A stretch of DNA of 64,000 nt from Leucoraja ocellata (lineage: Eukaryota): positions 186,001 through 250,000 of the forward strand of contig JAWMAR010001053.1 of the NCBI GenBank assembly GCA_036785375.1, in the 5' to 3' direction. Shown one piece after another: positions 1 to 10,320 of the stretch. Within the stretch, counting starts at the first letter, position 1; every line of letters begins with the position of its first letter. The notes beneath the pieces are model-generated. The model saw only the letters and a list, made by a program, of their open reading frames with translations, had not been told where the DNA came from and ran no database searches. Position numbers and translations under genes: made by a program.

Positions 1-997
1 GATGCAGGACACGTGGGCACTTGAGTTTGGATAAATGGACACAGATCACACATCAGTATAATGTGTCCATAAATAATGTTGGCCTGTATGTTTTTGTACT
101 TGTATTATGTTTGAAGTTTAAAGTTTGAAGTATGAAGTTTATTGAAGCTCAACGACCCTCCTTGGGGTATGGGAGTACAATTTTATGTGATTATAATATC
201 TTTATTTTTGTATGCACAGTTGTATGTTTTTATAATCTAATAATAAATTAAACTTTCTTTATTGTTAAAGTTATGATTCTTCCTAGATTTATTATAGGTA
301 ATTTCAATTTTAATGTGGTTATATTGTATGTTCTTATCAACCTTTTTTGTTGTTAAAACCTTTGTTTGCTTCAATATCAATAAAGTAAATGCGTGACATT
401 TTGACGGAAAATTGATGTATGAACATTTATTTCAGATTAGTGTCTCATGACATTACTTTCAAATATTTAAATCTTTTTTTTAATCAATAAAACAAACAAA
501 CACAAGCGTTACACTGCACTGAAAAACAAACTCTTTTCATATATTTTCATCAATAAAACAAACACAAATACAAGCATTGTACTGCATTGAAAATTATAGG
601 AAAACTGTGATTCCACTGTTTTAGAGGCCAAAATGATGTCACTTATCTTCCCTCGTCTTCAGGTGTCACCGTCAGGGTCGTAGCTTGTCGTAGCTTGTCG
701 AGGGTGGACGTAGGTTGACCGGCTGTCATATGTTGTCGTCTGTGTTATGGTAAGTTGTGGTAGGCATCATGAAGGTTGTTGTAGGTGTGGTCGTAGGTTG
801 ATGTCCTAGTCGTGAAGATTGTGGTCGCCGGTTGAGTCGGTAGCTTGCCACAGCTTGACGTCAACTAGGTGATAGGTTGTTGTAGCTTGTCGTAGACATT
901 GTCATGGGGGGTCCAGTCGCAGGCTTTTCTGCGATCTGCTACGACTATGACAGTCGCCGGCAGTCATCTAAAAAATCATCTAAGTAGGACAGGCCCA
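1..997. mobile_element. PIF/Harbinger-type non-autonomous DNA transposon, right part (left end outside window)
   Basis: Terminal sequence agtcgccggcagt...aagtaggacaggccca (952-997) followed by TTA. The same terminus occurs at 20350, 59034 and 61824. Subterminal gtcgta-rich motifs at about 660-950. Confidence 0.6.
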
Positions 998-1221
998 TTA
1001 CTCTAAATGCATCCAATCTGTCTTTTGTATGTACACCTCAGCATAAAATCTATCCTAAGCACAAAATCAAAAATATTCACAGAAGGAAAAACCACATCTG
1101 AAGTGCTGCACAAAGATGAAAGGTAATAACAGATGTTTTGAGTCGATGCTAAAGAGGAATTCAAAGAATTATATGGAAACATGTACGATCCTTTAGCAAC
1201 AATATCTCTTTAGGAGAGAGT

Positions 1222-1433
1222 TTTTTGCCACAGAAGGCTGTGGAGGCAAAGTCAGTGGATATATTTAAGGCAGAAGTAGATAGATTCTTGATTAGTACGG
1301 GCGTCAGATGTTGTGGGGAGAAAGCAGGAGAATGGGGTTAGGAGGGAGAGATAGGTCAGCCATGACTGAATGGCGAAGTAGACTTGAAGGGCCGAATGGC
1401 CTAATTCTACTCCTATCACTTATGATCTTATGA
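1222..1433 (+). mobile_element. CR1 (HER1-like) LINE 3' fragment
   Basis: End of ORF2 (ttgccacagaaggctgtggagg...) and the 3' UTR motif gggccgaatggcctaattct, followed by a short-repeat tail. Confidence 0.8.
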
Positions 1434-3004
1434 ACAACAAATCAAATGTCTTCCTGTTGGCTCTGTCTGAATACTCTACTCCAGATTTATGATAGTGTTC
1501 ATTACTTGGGATACAGGGAGAAATTTGAGTGAATTGTTTGGAAACATTCAATGAAACCTTTGACTCTGTTTACATGCATCACTGGACAATTCTAAAGCAT
1601 TTTAATGTGAAGTGCAGATTATGTGATAGAATAATTCTGCAGAATGCATTATTTTCCCATAATGATTCCAAAATGGGGAGCAACTCGAATGAAGACGCTC
1701 ATACCCATCTCAGCTTTAGAGTAACTTATAGAATTTGCTATTAGTTCATTTTATGAATCGGCAATATATCTGCTAGAGTTCTAAAGGACCTAAATTAGCT
1801 CAAATATTATTTAAAAACCCTTGGTGCTCGCTTTCAATATTTCTTTTATAGAAATGCTTTTTCTTTTCTTTCACTGTTATAATTATTGCACAGGACATTT
1901 TATTCAATGGAGCATTCTTCGTGTTTGATCCAATGGATTAGTTGGTTCTGATGCTTTTTTTCCTGACATTGTTGTTCTTTTCAAATTCAGGGCAGTGTTC
2001 GGGAAACTGTCCAAAAGGCATTGGCTGTCATTTGGTGTGAATTTGCCAGCTCACACTGGCTTGGTTCCAATTTCTTTCATTAGATGCAGAATTGGAATCA
2101 GCTCATGCCTGTTGTTCTGAACTGAGCAAATCCTAAGAAGCCGCTGGTGCAAATGAAGAAGTAAAATCTGAATGGAATTCAAATCTGCAGATATTTTCCA
2201 GGGAGATTGTTTGGTTGATTATCTGTCTCTATTTCCTGCAGGGATCATATAGCTTTGGTCCCATTTTACTCCCATTTACATCAATGATTGATAGCTATGA
2301 ATCTATTGCCCAAAAATGTTGTTTTAAAATGAGAAATTATGAGTTACCCAAGAGTTATTTAAAACAGATGAAAGGCCAACTCTTTTCTGATTTTTGTTAT
2401 ATTTGACTACCAAGATCAAATTTGTCTATCAAAGTAAATTTTTAGCAAAATTTCAAGCAATGATATGGATTGACAATAAAATATAGGCTGAGGACAACTT
2501 TGCCGATGGCTAGTCTCAGTGATTCTGTCCAAATTGCTTTGACTGGTGTCCTACGGTGGTGCTCACTCCCCCTGCCCCCAATCCCTCATCCCCAGTTGAC
2601 AATAGCTACAGTGTAGCAGCCATGGAGGTCACAGCAGGCGAAATTGGTTCTTTCTGAGATCCCCTGGTATTTATGCTGATAAATTGGCTTCAACACCTGA
2701 ACTAAGCAGGAACAGAAGCCTTGATGGTATTGACATCAATGAGAATTTTAGAGCTGCTAGGAAGAAATTAAGGAGAAGGTAAATGCCTATTTTTTCAGAA
2801 ACAAAGGTTTAATGCGTTTAATTATTTAGAATATTTTACATTTTCGATCAGGCTTATATTTTAATCGATGTATATCATTTTGGAATGTTTTAAATTCATT
2901 TTCTCGCTTTCAAATGTTCCTGAATGAAAGACACAAAAAATAAATATCAAAGATATTTACAATTCCTGAGAGCTTTGAAAGCTGCTGAAGTTGGGAAAGT
3001 AGTG

Positions 3005-3155
3005 TTTAAAAGTCATTTGGATAGGAAAGATTTAGAGGGATATGGGCAAACGCAGTTAAATGGGAGGGCAATTTAGTTGGGAGACATCTTGATCGGCAGG
3101 GGGGGGGGGGGGGGGGGGGGGTTGGGCCAAAGGGTCTGTTTCTATAGCTCTATGA
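3005..3155 (+). mobile_element. CR1 LINE 3' tail fragment
   Basis: tttagagggatatggg...ttgggccaaagggtctgtttct...ctctatgac matches the other CR1 tails in the window. Confidence 0.65.
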
Positions 3156-3394
3156 CATCACTGCCTTATCAAAGGCATGTAGAGGGGCTTGTTCTTATTC
3201 ATCGACTTTATCATGTTGTGTGGCTGGAGTAGATTTGCTGATCTCTTGGCAATTTGAGTGAGCAAGATAGGGCAACTGCATCTGGGTCAGGTAGGACTAA
3301 CAGATGGTGATTGGTGACTGCGGACCCAAACCACCCTAACCAGGATATTATTTTAAAATTAGGTTAGTTGAGAGATACTGTGTGGAAACATGTC

Positions 3395-3636
3395 CCTCAG
3401 CCTACTGAGTCCACACCGACCAGCGATCATCCATACACTAGTATGGCAGAAGTCAACTAACCTACAAACCCACATACCCACATAGAATGTAAGAGGAAAC
3501 CGGAACACCTGGAGAAAACCCAATCGGTCATAGGGAGAACATGCAAGCTCTGCAAATATTGCGTCCAAGGACAGGATTGAATCAGGTCTCTGGCACTATG
3601 AGGCAGCAGCTATACTGCCACACCATTGTGCTGCCC
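3395..3636 (-). mobile_element. HE1-type tRNA-derived SINE
   Basis: Minus-strand head gggcagcacaatggtg...gctgctgcctcatagtgccagagacctgattcaatcc (box A/B-like) and a body shared with the other copies. Confidence 0.75.
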
Positions 3637-3879
3637 TGTGAAGTATTTTGACATTGATCGATTTTTAATGGAGGGGAGTTCATTATAGTCTGATCAGGAG
3701 TGAAAGGGCCTTTTTATAGCTATAATGTAATGTCAAGCTGAAATATCAATTGAGCATACATTTATTGCAAAACATCATCAAAGGAAAAGATTTGAAGCAG
3801 ATGCTGTGATTTGTCACTAAAAGGAATAAATTAACTTAAATTGCCTTGAGTTTCTCTTTCTCTTTTTCTTCTTTTGCAG

Positions 3880-4115
3880 GAGATGCTTCTTTAAGGCAGA
3901 GATGAGGTGATTTTTTATTTATTTCACAGGCCGATGATTTTTGGAACTCGCTTCCTCAAAGGCGATTGTAAGTAAAGTCTTTAAATATTACATTTTAGCA
4001 GAGGTAGATAGGATTTTGATAAAGTAAGGGGACAGGTGGGGTGGCAGAAGCGAGATTACAATTGAACAAATGTCATGGTCTCAAAGGGTTGAGTGGCCTT
4101 TTTCTGCTGCTAATT
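3880..4115 (+). mobile_element. Old degenerate CR1 3' fragment
   Basis: Degenerate ORF2 end (ttggaactcgcttcctcaaa, gcagaggtagatag) and the tail aagggttgagtggcct. Confidence 0.55.
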
Positions 4116-4593
4116 TATATACTTGCATGTATGTTCATATATCTACAGGCATTTGGTCCATGATTTCTAGCAGCTTGTTATGAACTGTTATTGTCACAGC
4201 AAGGTATTGTGCAATGGCCCTTTATTTTGCAAATGTTAAATGTAAGATCTATACTCATGTAGACTTTAATACCAAATTAACAATGACCTGTGAATGTTGT
4301 GTACATGCATGTGTGCAAGCATTATCTCTAAAATGCATCTTGACAACTGAAGGTGGGTGGAATCCTGGCTCAGGTGCAGAGGCAACATGGGCTGAATATT
4401 TGCTCAAAAAGCCTTTGGAGCAAATTATATCCCCCCTGATGACCTAAGGTGGGGGTCCCCAAATTATGGCACACAGGCCACAACCGGCTCGCCACGATAT
4501 TTTATTCAGCCAGCAGCAAGCTCTTAACACGTTCCGTGCGGCGGGCTATTTAGCGGGTTCTGTGGTAGCATGGGAATTACTCGTCAGTTTGCT

Positions 4594-4902
4594 CTAAACT
4601 TTAGAGACACAATGCGGAAACAGGCCCTTCGCTCACCCCCACCACCACCACTAATATTATCCTACACACGCACACACACTAGGGACAATTATACCAACCC
4701 AATTAATCTACAAATCTTTGGTGTATAACCAGCATATGTAGTTCCTTCCTATACAAACCTGAAAGTATTTGGAGTGTGGGCGGAAACCGGAGCTCCAGAG
4801 ATAATTTATGCAGGTCACTCTGTACAGACAGCACCTGTATTCAGGAACGAACCCGGCACCCCTATATGGCAGCAACTTAAGACTGTGCCACCATGCCACC
4901 CA
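4594..4902 (-). mobile_element. HE1-type SINE
   Basis: Tail tttagagacacaatgcggaaacaggccctt and head ...ctgtgccaccatgccaccc, homologous to the other copies. Confidence 0.8.
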
Positions 4903-5059
4903 ATTAACTTGTACAACTGTAACTTAACAAATTATTGCAGCTGTTCTTAAAATCCCTCCGATATTTTTTTACAAAAGGCAGATTCTCCCCTTACATTTTG
5001 ACTGTGGGAAAAAAGAGAAAAAGTTCAATTATTCGCGGACCAATTACCTTGTTGTATTT

Positions 5060-5296
5060 GTTCAAGAAGGAACTGCAGTTGCTGGAAAATCAAAGGTAGA
5101 AAAAAGTGTTGGAGAAACTCAGTGGGTGCAGCAACATCTATGGAGCGAAGGAAATAGGCAATGTTTCGGGTCGAAACCCTTCTTCAGGACTGAAGAAGGA
5201 TTTTGGCCTGAAACATTGCCTATTTCCTTCCCTGCCGTACTTTCCCTATTTCCATAGATGCTGCTGCACCCGCTGAGTTTCTCCAGCACTTTTGTC
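5060..5296. mobile_element. Palindromic Penelope-derived non-autonomous element with hammerhead-like cores
   Basis: Inverted arms centred on ttcttcag-ga-ctgaagaa. A CTGAAGA..GAAAC core is present on both strands. 15-bp direct repeat taccttgttgtattt at 5045-5059 and 5297-5311. Confidence 0.75.
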
Positions 5297-5377
5297 TACC
5301 TTGTTGTATTTATTGGGCCAAAGGGTAAATTATGTTGGAGCAACCTATTGAAAGCTATCATATGACCATGCATTTAT

Positions 5378-5830
5378 ACAGGGGCCTGGTGAGACCACAC
5401 CTGGAGTATGTGTGCAGTTTTGGTCTCAAAATTAGAGGAAGGACATTCGTACTATTGAGGGAGTGTAGCGTAGGTTCACAAGGTTAATTCCCGGGACGGC
5501 GCGACTGTCTATGCTGAGAGAATGGAGCGGCTGGGTGTGTAGACTCTGGAATTTAGAAGGATGAGAGGGGATCTTATTGAAACATAAAAGATTATTAAGG
5601 GTTTGGACATGCTAGAAGCAGGAAACATGTTCCCAATGTTGGGGGTCCAGAACCAGGGGCCACAGGGGTAAGCCATTCAGAGAAGAGGAAACACTTTTTC
5701 ACACTGAGAGTTGTGAGTCTGGAATTCTGTACCTCAGAGGGCAGTGGAGGCCAGTTCTCTGGAAACTTTCAAGAGAGAGCTAGATAGGGAAATTGATGAT
5801 AGCGGAGTCTGGGGATATGGAGAGATGGCA
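5378..5830 (+). mobile_element. CR1 ORF2 3' fragment (degenerate)
   Basis: Codes LVRPHLEY and EFRRMRGDLIET motifs, with frameshifts. Confidence 0.85.
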
Positions 5831-5832
5831 GA

Positions 5833-8362
5833 ATCTCAATTTGAGAAGGAGAAGGTTAAATCGGAAGTGTCAGTGATGCAGTTGAACAAAGGGGACTATG
5901 AAGGCATGAGAGGGAAGCTGGCCAAGGAAGACTGGAAAGGGATCCTAGCAGGAATGCCGGTGGATTAGCAATGACAGGAATTTCTGGGCATAATCCGGAA
6001 GACGCAGGATCATTTCATTCAAAAATGGAAGAAAGATTCTAAGGGGAGCAGGAGGCAACCGTGGCTGACAAGAGAAGTTAGGGATAGAATAAAACTAAAA
6101 GAAAAGATGTATAACACAGCAAAGAGTAGCGAGAAGCCAGAGGATTGGGAAACTTTCATAGGACAACAGAAGGAAACAAAACGGGTAATACGGGATGAAA
6201 AGATGAAGTACGAAGGGAAGCTGGCCAGGAATATAAAGAAGGACAGTAAAAGCTTCTTTAGATATGTTAAGGAAAAAGAGAAGCAAAGTCAAATGTGGGT
6301 CCCTTGAAGGCAGACACGGGTGAAATTATTATGGGTAACAAAGAAATGGCAGAAGAGTTATATAGGTACTTCGGATCTGTCTTCACTGAGGAAGACACAA
6401 ACAACCTCTCAGATGTACTGGAGGACAGTGGATCTAAGGGGGTGGAGGAACTGAAATAAATTTTCATTAGGCAAGAAATAGTATTGGGTAGGCTAATGGG
6501 ACTGAAGGATGATAAATTCCCTTGACCTGATGGTCTGCATCCCAGGGTCCTCAGGGAGGTGGCTCTAGAAATAGTGGATGCATTGGTGATCATTTTCCAA
6601 TGTTCAATAGATTCAGGATCAGTTCCTGTGGATTGGAGGATAACTAATGTTATCCCACTTTTCAAGAAAGGATCGAGCGAGAAAACAGGGAATTACAGAC
6701 CAGTTAGCCTGACTTCAGTTGTGGGAGAAATGCTGGAGTCAATTATTAAAGATGTAATAGTGGGCCATTTGGATAGCAGTAAAAGGATTAGTCCAAGTCA
6801 ACATGGATTTATGAAAGAGAAATCATGCTTGACTAATCTTCTGGAATTTTTTGAGGATGTGACAAGTAAAATGGATGAAGGGGAGCCAGTGGATGTAGTG
6901 TAGGAGTACAAACTCCTATATCACCAGGGACTAACTTTACTGTACCATTCTACAGCTTTTATTTAAAATTGATGTTATTAATTTCCCTTTTCCTTCTGCC
7001 CACAATATTAAATATGTAAAAGAATATGTGATTCTGTTCCATTCTGTTTGTAGTTTGTTTGGTTGTTTGTTTTTTTGCACAAAGTTTGCGAGCATGGCCA
7101 CTTTTCACTTCACTGCACATCTCGTATGTGTATGTGATGAATAAAATAAACTTGAACTTGTATCTAGACTTTCAGAAAGCCTTTGAAAAGGTCCCGCACG
7201 GGAGACTGGTGACTAAAATTAGAGCACATGGTATTGGGGGTAGGGTGTTGACATGGATAGAAAATTGGTTGGCAGACTGGAAGCAAAGAGTAGGAGTGAA
7301 CGGGTCTTTTTCAGAATGGCAGGCAGTGGCGAGTGGAGTGCTGCAAGGCTCGGTGTTGGGGCTGCAACTGTTTACCATATATATTAATGATTTGGAAGAG
7401 GGAAATAGGAGCAACACTAGCAAGTTTGTGGATGACACAAAGCTGGGTTGATGTGTGAACTGTGAAGAGGATGTTAGGAGGTTGCAGGGTGACCTGGACA
7501 GGTTGAGTGAGTGGGTAGATGCGTGGCAGATGCAGTACAATATAGATAAATGTGAGGTTATCCATTTTGGCGGCAAAAACAAGGGAGCAGATTATTATCT
7601 CAATGGGGTTAGGTTAGGTAAGAGGGAGGTGCAGCGAGACCTGGGCATCCTTGTACACCGGTCACTGAATGTTGGCTTACAGGTACAGCAGGCAGTGAGG
7701 AAAGCTAATGGAATGATGGCCTTCATAACAAGAGGATTTCAGTATTGGAGTAAAGAGGTTATTCTACAGTAGTATAGGGCTCTGGTGAGACCACATCTGG
7801 AGTATTGTGTATAGTTTTGGTCTCCTAATTTGAGAAAGAACATCCTTGTGATTGAGGCAGTGCAGCGTAGGTTCACGAGATTGATCCCTGGGGATGGTGG
7901 GACTGTCATATGAGGAGAGATTGAAAACACTAGGCTTGTATTCACTGGAGTTTAGAAGGATGAGGGGGAATCTTATAGAAACATATAACATTATAAAAGG
8001 ACTGTACAAGCTAGATGCAGGAAAAATGTTCCCAATGCGGGGCGAGTCTAGAACCAGGGATGACGGTCTTAGAATAAAGGGGAGGTCATTTAAGACTGAG
8101 GTGAGAAAAAACTTTTTCACTCAGAGAGTTGTGAATTTATGGAATTCCTTGCCACAGAGGGCAGTGGAGGCCAAGTCACTGGATGGATTTAAGAGAGAGT
8201 TAGATAGAGCTCTAGGGGCTAGTGGAGTCAAGGGCTATGGGGAGAAGGCAGGCACGGGTTATTGATAGGGGACGATCAGCCATGATCACAATGAATGGCG
8301 GTGCTGGCTCGAAGGGCCAAATGGCCTCCTCCTGCACCTATTTTCTATGTTTCGATGTTTCT
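5833..8362 (+). mobile_element. 5'-truncated CR1 LINE, ORF2 pseudogene, interrupted at 6901-7160
   Basis: ORFs 6559-6903, 7059-7451, 7455-7772 and 7894-8265 give [27 protein letters not shown] and FVDD motifs. Ends with a tttctatgttt tail; a short extra 3'-end copy follows at 8363-8450. Confidence 0.92.
6901..7160 (+). mobile_element. Short 3' fragment of a Rex1/Babar-type retroposon inserted in CR1
   Basis: Splits the CR1 codons VDVV|YLDF. Ends with a hairpin plus aataaaataaacttgaacttg. tgta is present at both junctions. Confidence 0.6.
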
Positions 8363-9354
8363 AATCGGGGTACTGATTGTGGATGATCAGCCATGATCAC
8401 ATTGAAGTCCGTATGGCCTACTCCTGCACCTATTGTCTATTGTCTATTTATTGTAGGTTGGTATATAAGCGGCGATGTTGCTGCAGATGAATGTGTCAAG
8501 GCAGTGTTTGCCGAACATCTTTGTCAGGAGTTTACCCTAAATATTAATGTGGGAATTTGTGTGCAGAGAAACTAAAATCAAAAGTCTATTGAAAATAACA
8601 CGCATGGGAATCGAATCCCAGTGGAATCACATGGTGAGCAATTTTGCATCAACCCATACAATGCTGCACCTATACATTGAACTGATCGCGCAGCCATTCG
8701 ATGTAATAACCTGGATAGATATGTTAATTGCTGATGCGCATTAACGCTTACTTTCTTCTGTCACTTGACGGTCACCTAACTACAGAACAACTTGTGCGCT
8801 CCATTAATAGGAAATCTCTATTTTGGATGTAGCCTTCAGAGCCTTTTAAACATTTATATTTAGAGTAACCCGGGTAAAGCTGCTTCTCCCGCATCCATTG
8901 GTAGCTGTCTTTTAGGACGCGTCACTGCTTCCTCCATCGGGTTTGGTTGGAGTTGCCGTGGGTGTGGGGAGAGAGAGAGGGGGGGCAGACTGTTGGGGGG
9001 GGGGGGGGGGAGGGGGGGCAAGATTTAGCCATGCTCCCAACTTGCTGCAACAAATCCTCTCGGTGGGGAACCGGCAAGTGTGTGCACGTGTGTAAAATAA
9101 ATTCATTCACTCGCCCTTTAGTTTAAAGTTTAACCTTGGTTGATGGCTACAAGTATTGATTTGAATGTCTTCCATTTGTTTTACTTAAGTTCTTTTTTTA
9201 GTTCATTAAATTTATAAAACTGTGCCAAAATGTGCCAAATGTATAATGTGGCCCTCATGCTGAAAGATTTGTAGGCCCCTGATCTAAGGCTTGGTGGAGG
9301 GGAACGGAGATCACAAATCCACAACTTCGTACAAAATATAGAGAGTAGAACATG

Positions 9355-9560
9355 CCTCAGAGGGCGGTGGAGGCCGGTTCTCTGGATACTAGATAGGGCT
9401 CTTAAAGATAACGGACTCAGGGGATATGGGGTGAAGGCAGGAATGGGGTACTGATTGGGGATGATCAGCCAAGATCAAATTGAATGGCGGTGCTGGCTCG
9501 AAGGGCCAAATGGCCTACTCCTGCACCTATTGTCTATTGCCTATTGTCTATTGTCTATGC
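9355..9560 (+). mobile_element. CR1 3' fragment
   Basis: CR1 3' UTR and (ctattgt)n tail. Confidence 0.85.
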
Positions 9561-10022
9561 CAGAGAACATCAGAGACATTGATTTTATTACCACTTTCAA
9601 GACATGGGAGAATCCAACTGCAGTAACCATAGAGTGACTCCTATCTGTTTTCCACAGATAAAGATAATGCTAAAGATAGACACAAAAAGCTGAACAGACA
9701 GCATCTCTGGAGAAAAGCCAGAGGATTGGGTAACTTTTAAAGAGCAACAGAAGCTAACTAAAAAGGCAATACAGGGAGTAAGGATGAGGTACAAAGGTAA
9801 GCTAGCCAAAAATATAAAGGAGGATAGTAAAAGCTTATTTAAGTATGTGAAGAGGAAAAATTAGTTAAGACCAAAGTTATACCCTTGAAGATCAAAAAAG
9901 GTGAATTTATTATGGGAAACAAAGAAATGGCAGACAAGCTGAACAGGTACTTTGGATCTGTCTTCACTAAGGAAGACACAAACAATCTCCCTGATGAACT
10001 AGTGGTCAGAGGATCTAGGGTG

Positions 10023-10226
10023 TGTAGATAGCTAGTGCATGTGCCTTTAACATAGTGACCTCACCACCCTTAACCACTCCCCTTATTAGGTGTATAATTG
10101 CATGTTCCCTCCCTGGGGTCGCTCTCTCTAGCTCCAGTGACAGACCACGTACAGCTAGTATAGCAATTATGTGAACAGTTAATAAAAGCTACAGTTAAGA
10201 CAATGTGTTGTTGAGACTTCTTTACA
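10023..10226 (+). repeat. 5' LTR
   Basis: tgtagatagc...ttctttaca. Contains tataat and aataaa. Identical by eye to 14497-14700. Confidence 0.97.
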
Positions 10227-10246
10227 TGGTGTCTCAGCTGTGAGAC
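10227..10246 (+). promoter_or_regulatory. Primer-binding-site region
   Basis: tggtgtc directly after the 5' LTR; TGG is complementary to the tRNA CCA end. Confidence 0.6.
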
Positions 10247-10320
10247 CCTGCGCCTCCTGTTTGCCGGTTTTCTTTTAGTTTATACCCCAGTACCCTTATC
10301 CTGCTTCCTTCCCTCGTGCC

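Larger units (their letters stand above)
4450..9281. mobile_element. Putative hAT/Charlie non-autonomous DNA transposon containing nested insertions
   Basis: Left end tgggggtccccaaattatggc and right end tttgtaggcccctg (reverse complement caggggcctacaaa). Flanked by 8-bp near-identical repeats acctaagg (4442-4449) and atctaagg (9282-9289). Confidence 0.5.

Noticed and set aside
1991-2160. Possible exon after the acceptor-like tttttcaaattcag
   Set aside because: Stops occur in all three frames and no protein is recognisable. It could be non-coding conserved sequence, which cannot be tested here.
3098-3121. Long G run (also G/C runs near 8995, 18918 and 42440) as G-quadruplexes
   Set aside because: These are homopolymers inside repeats. 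Their lengths are unreliable and there is no functional evidence.
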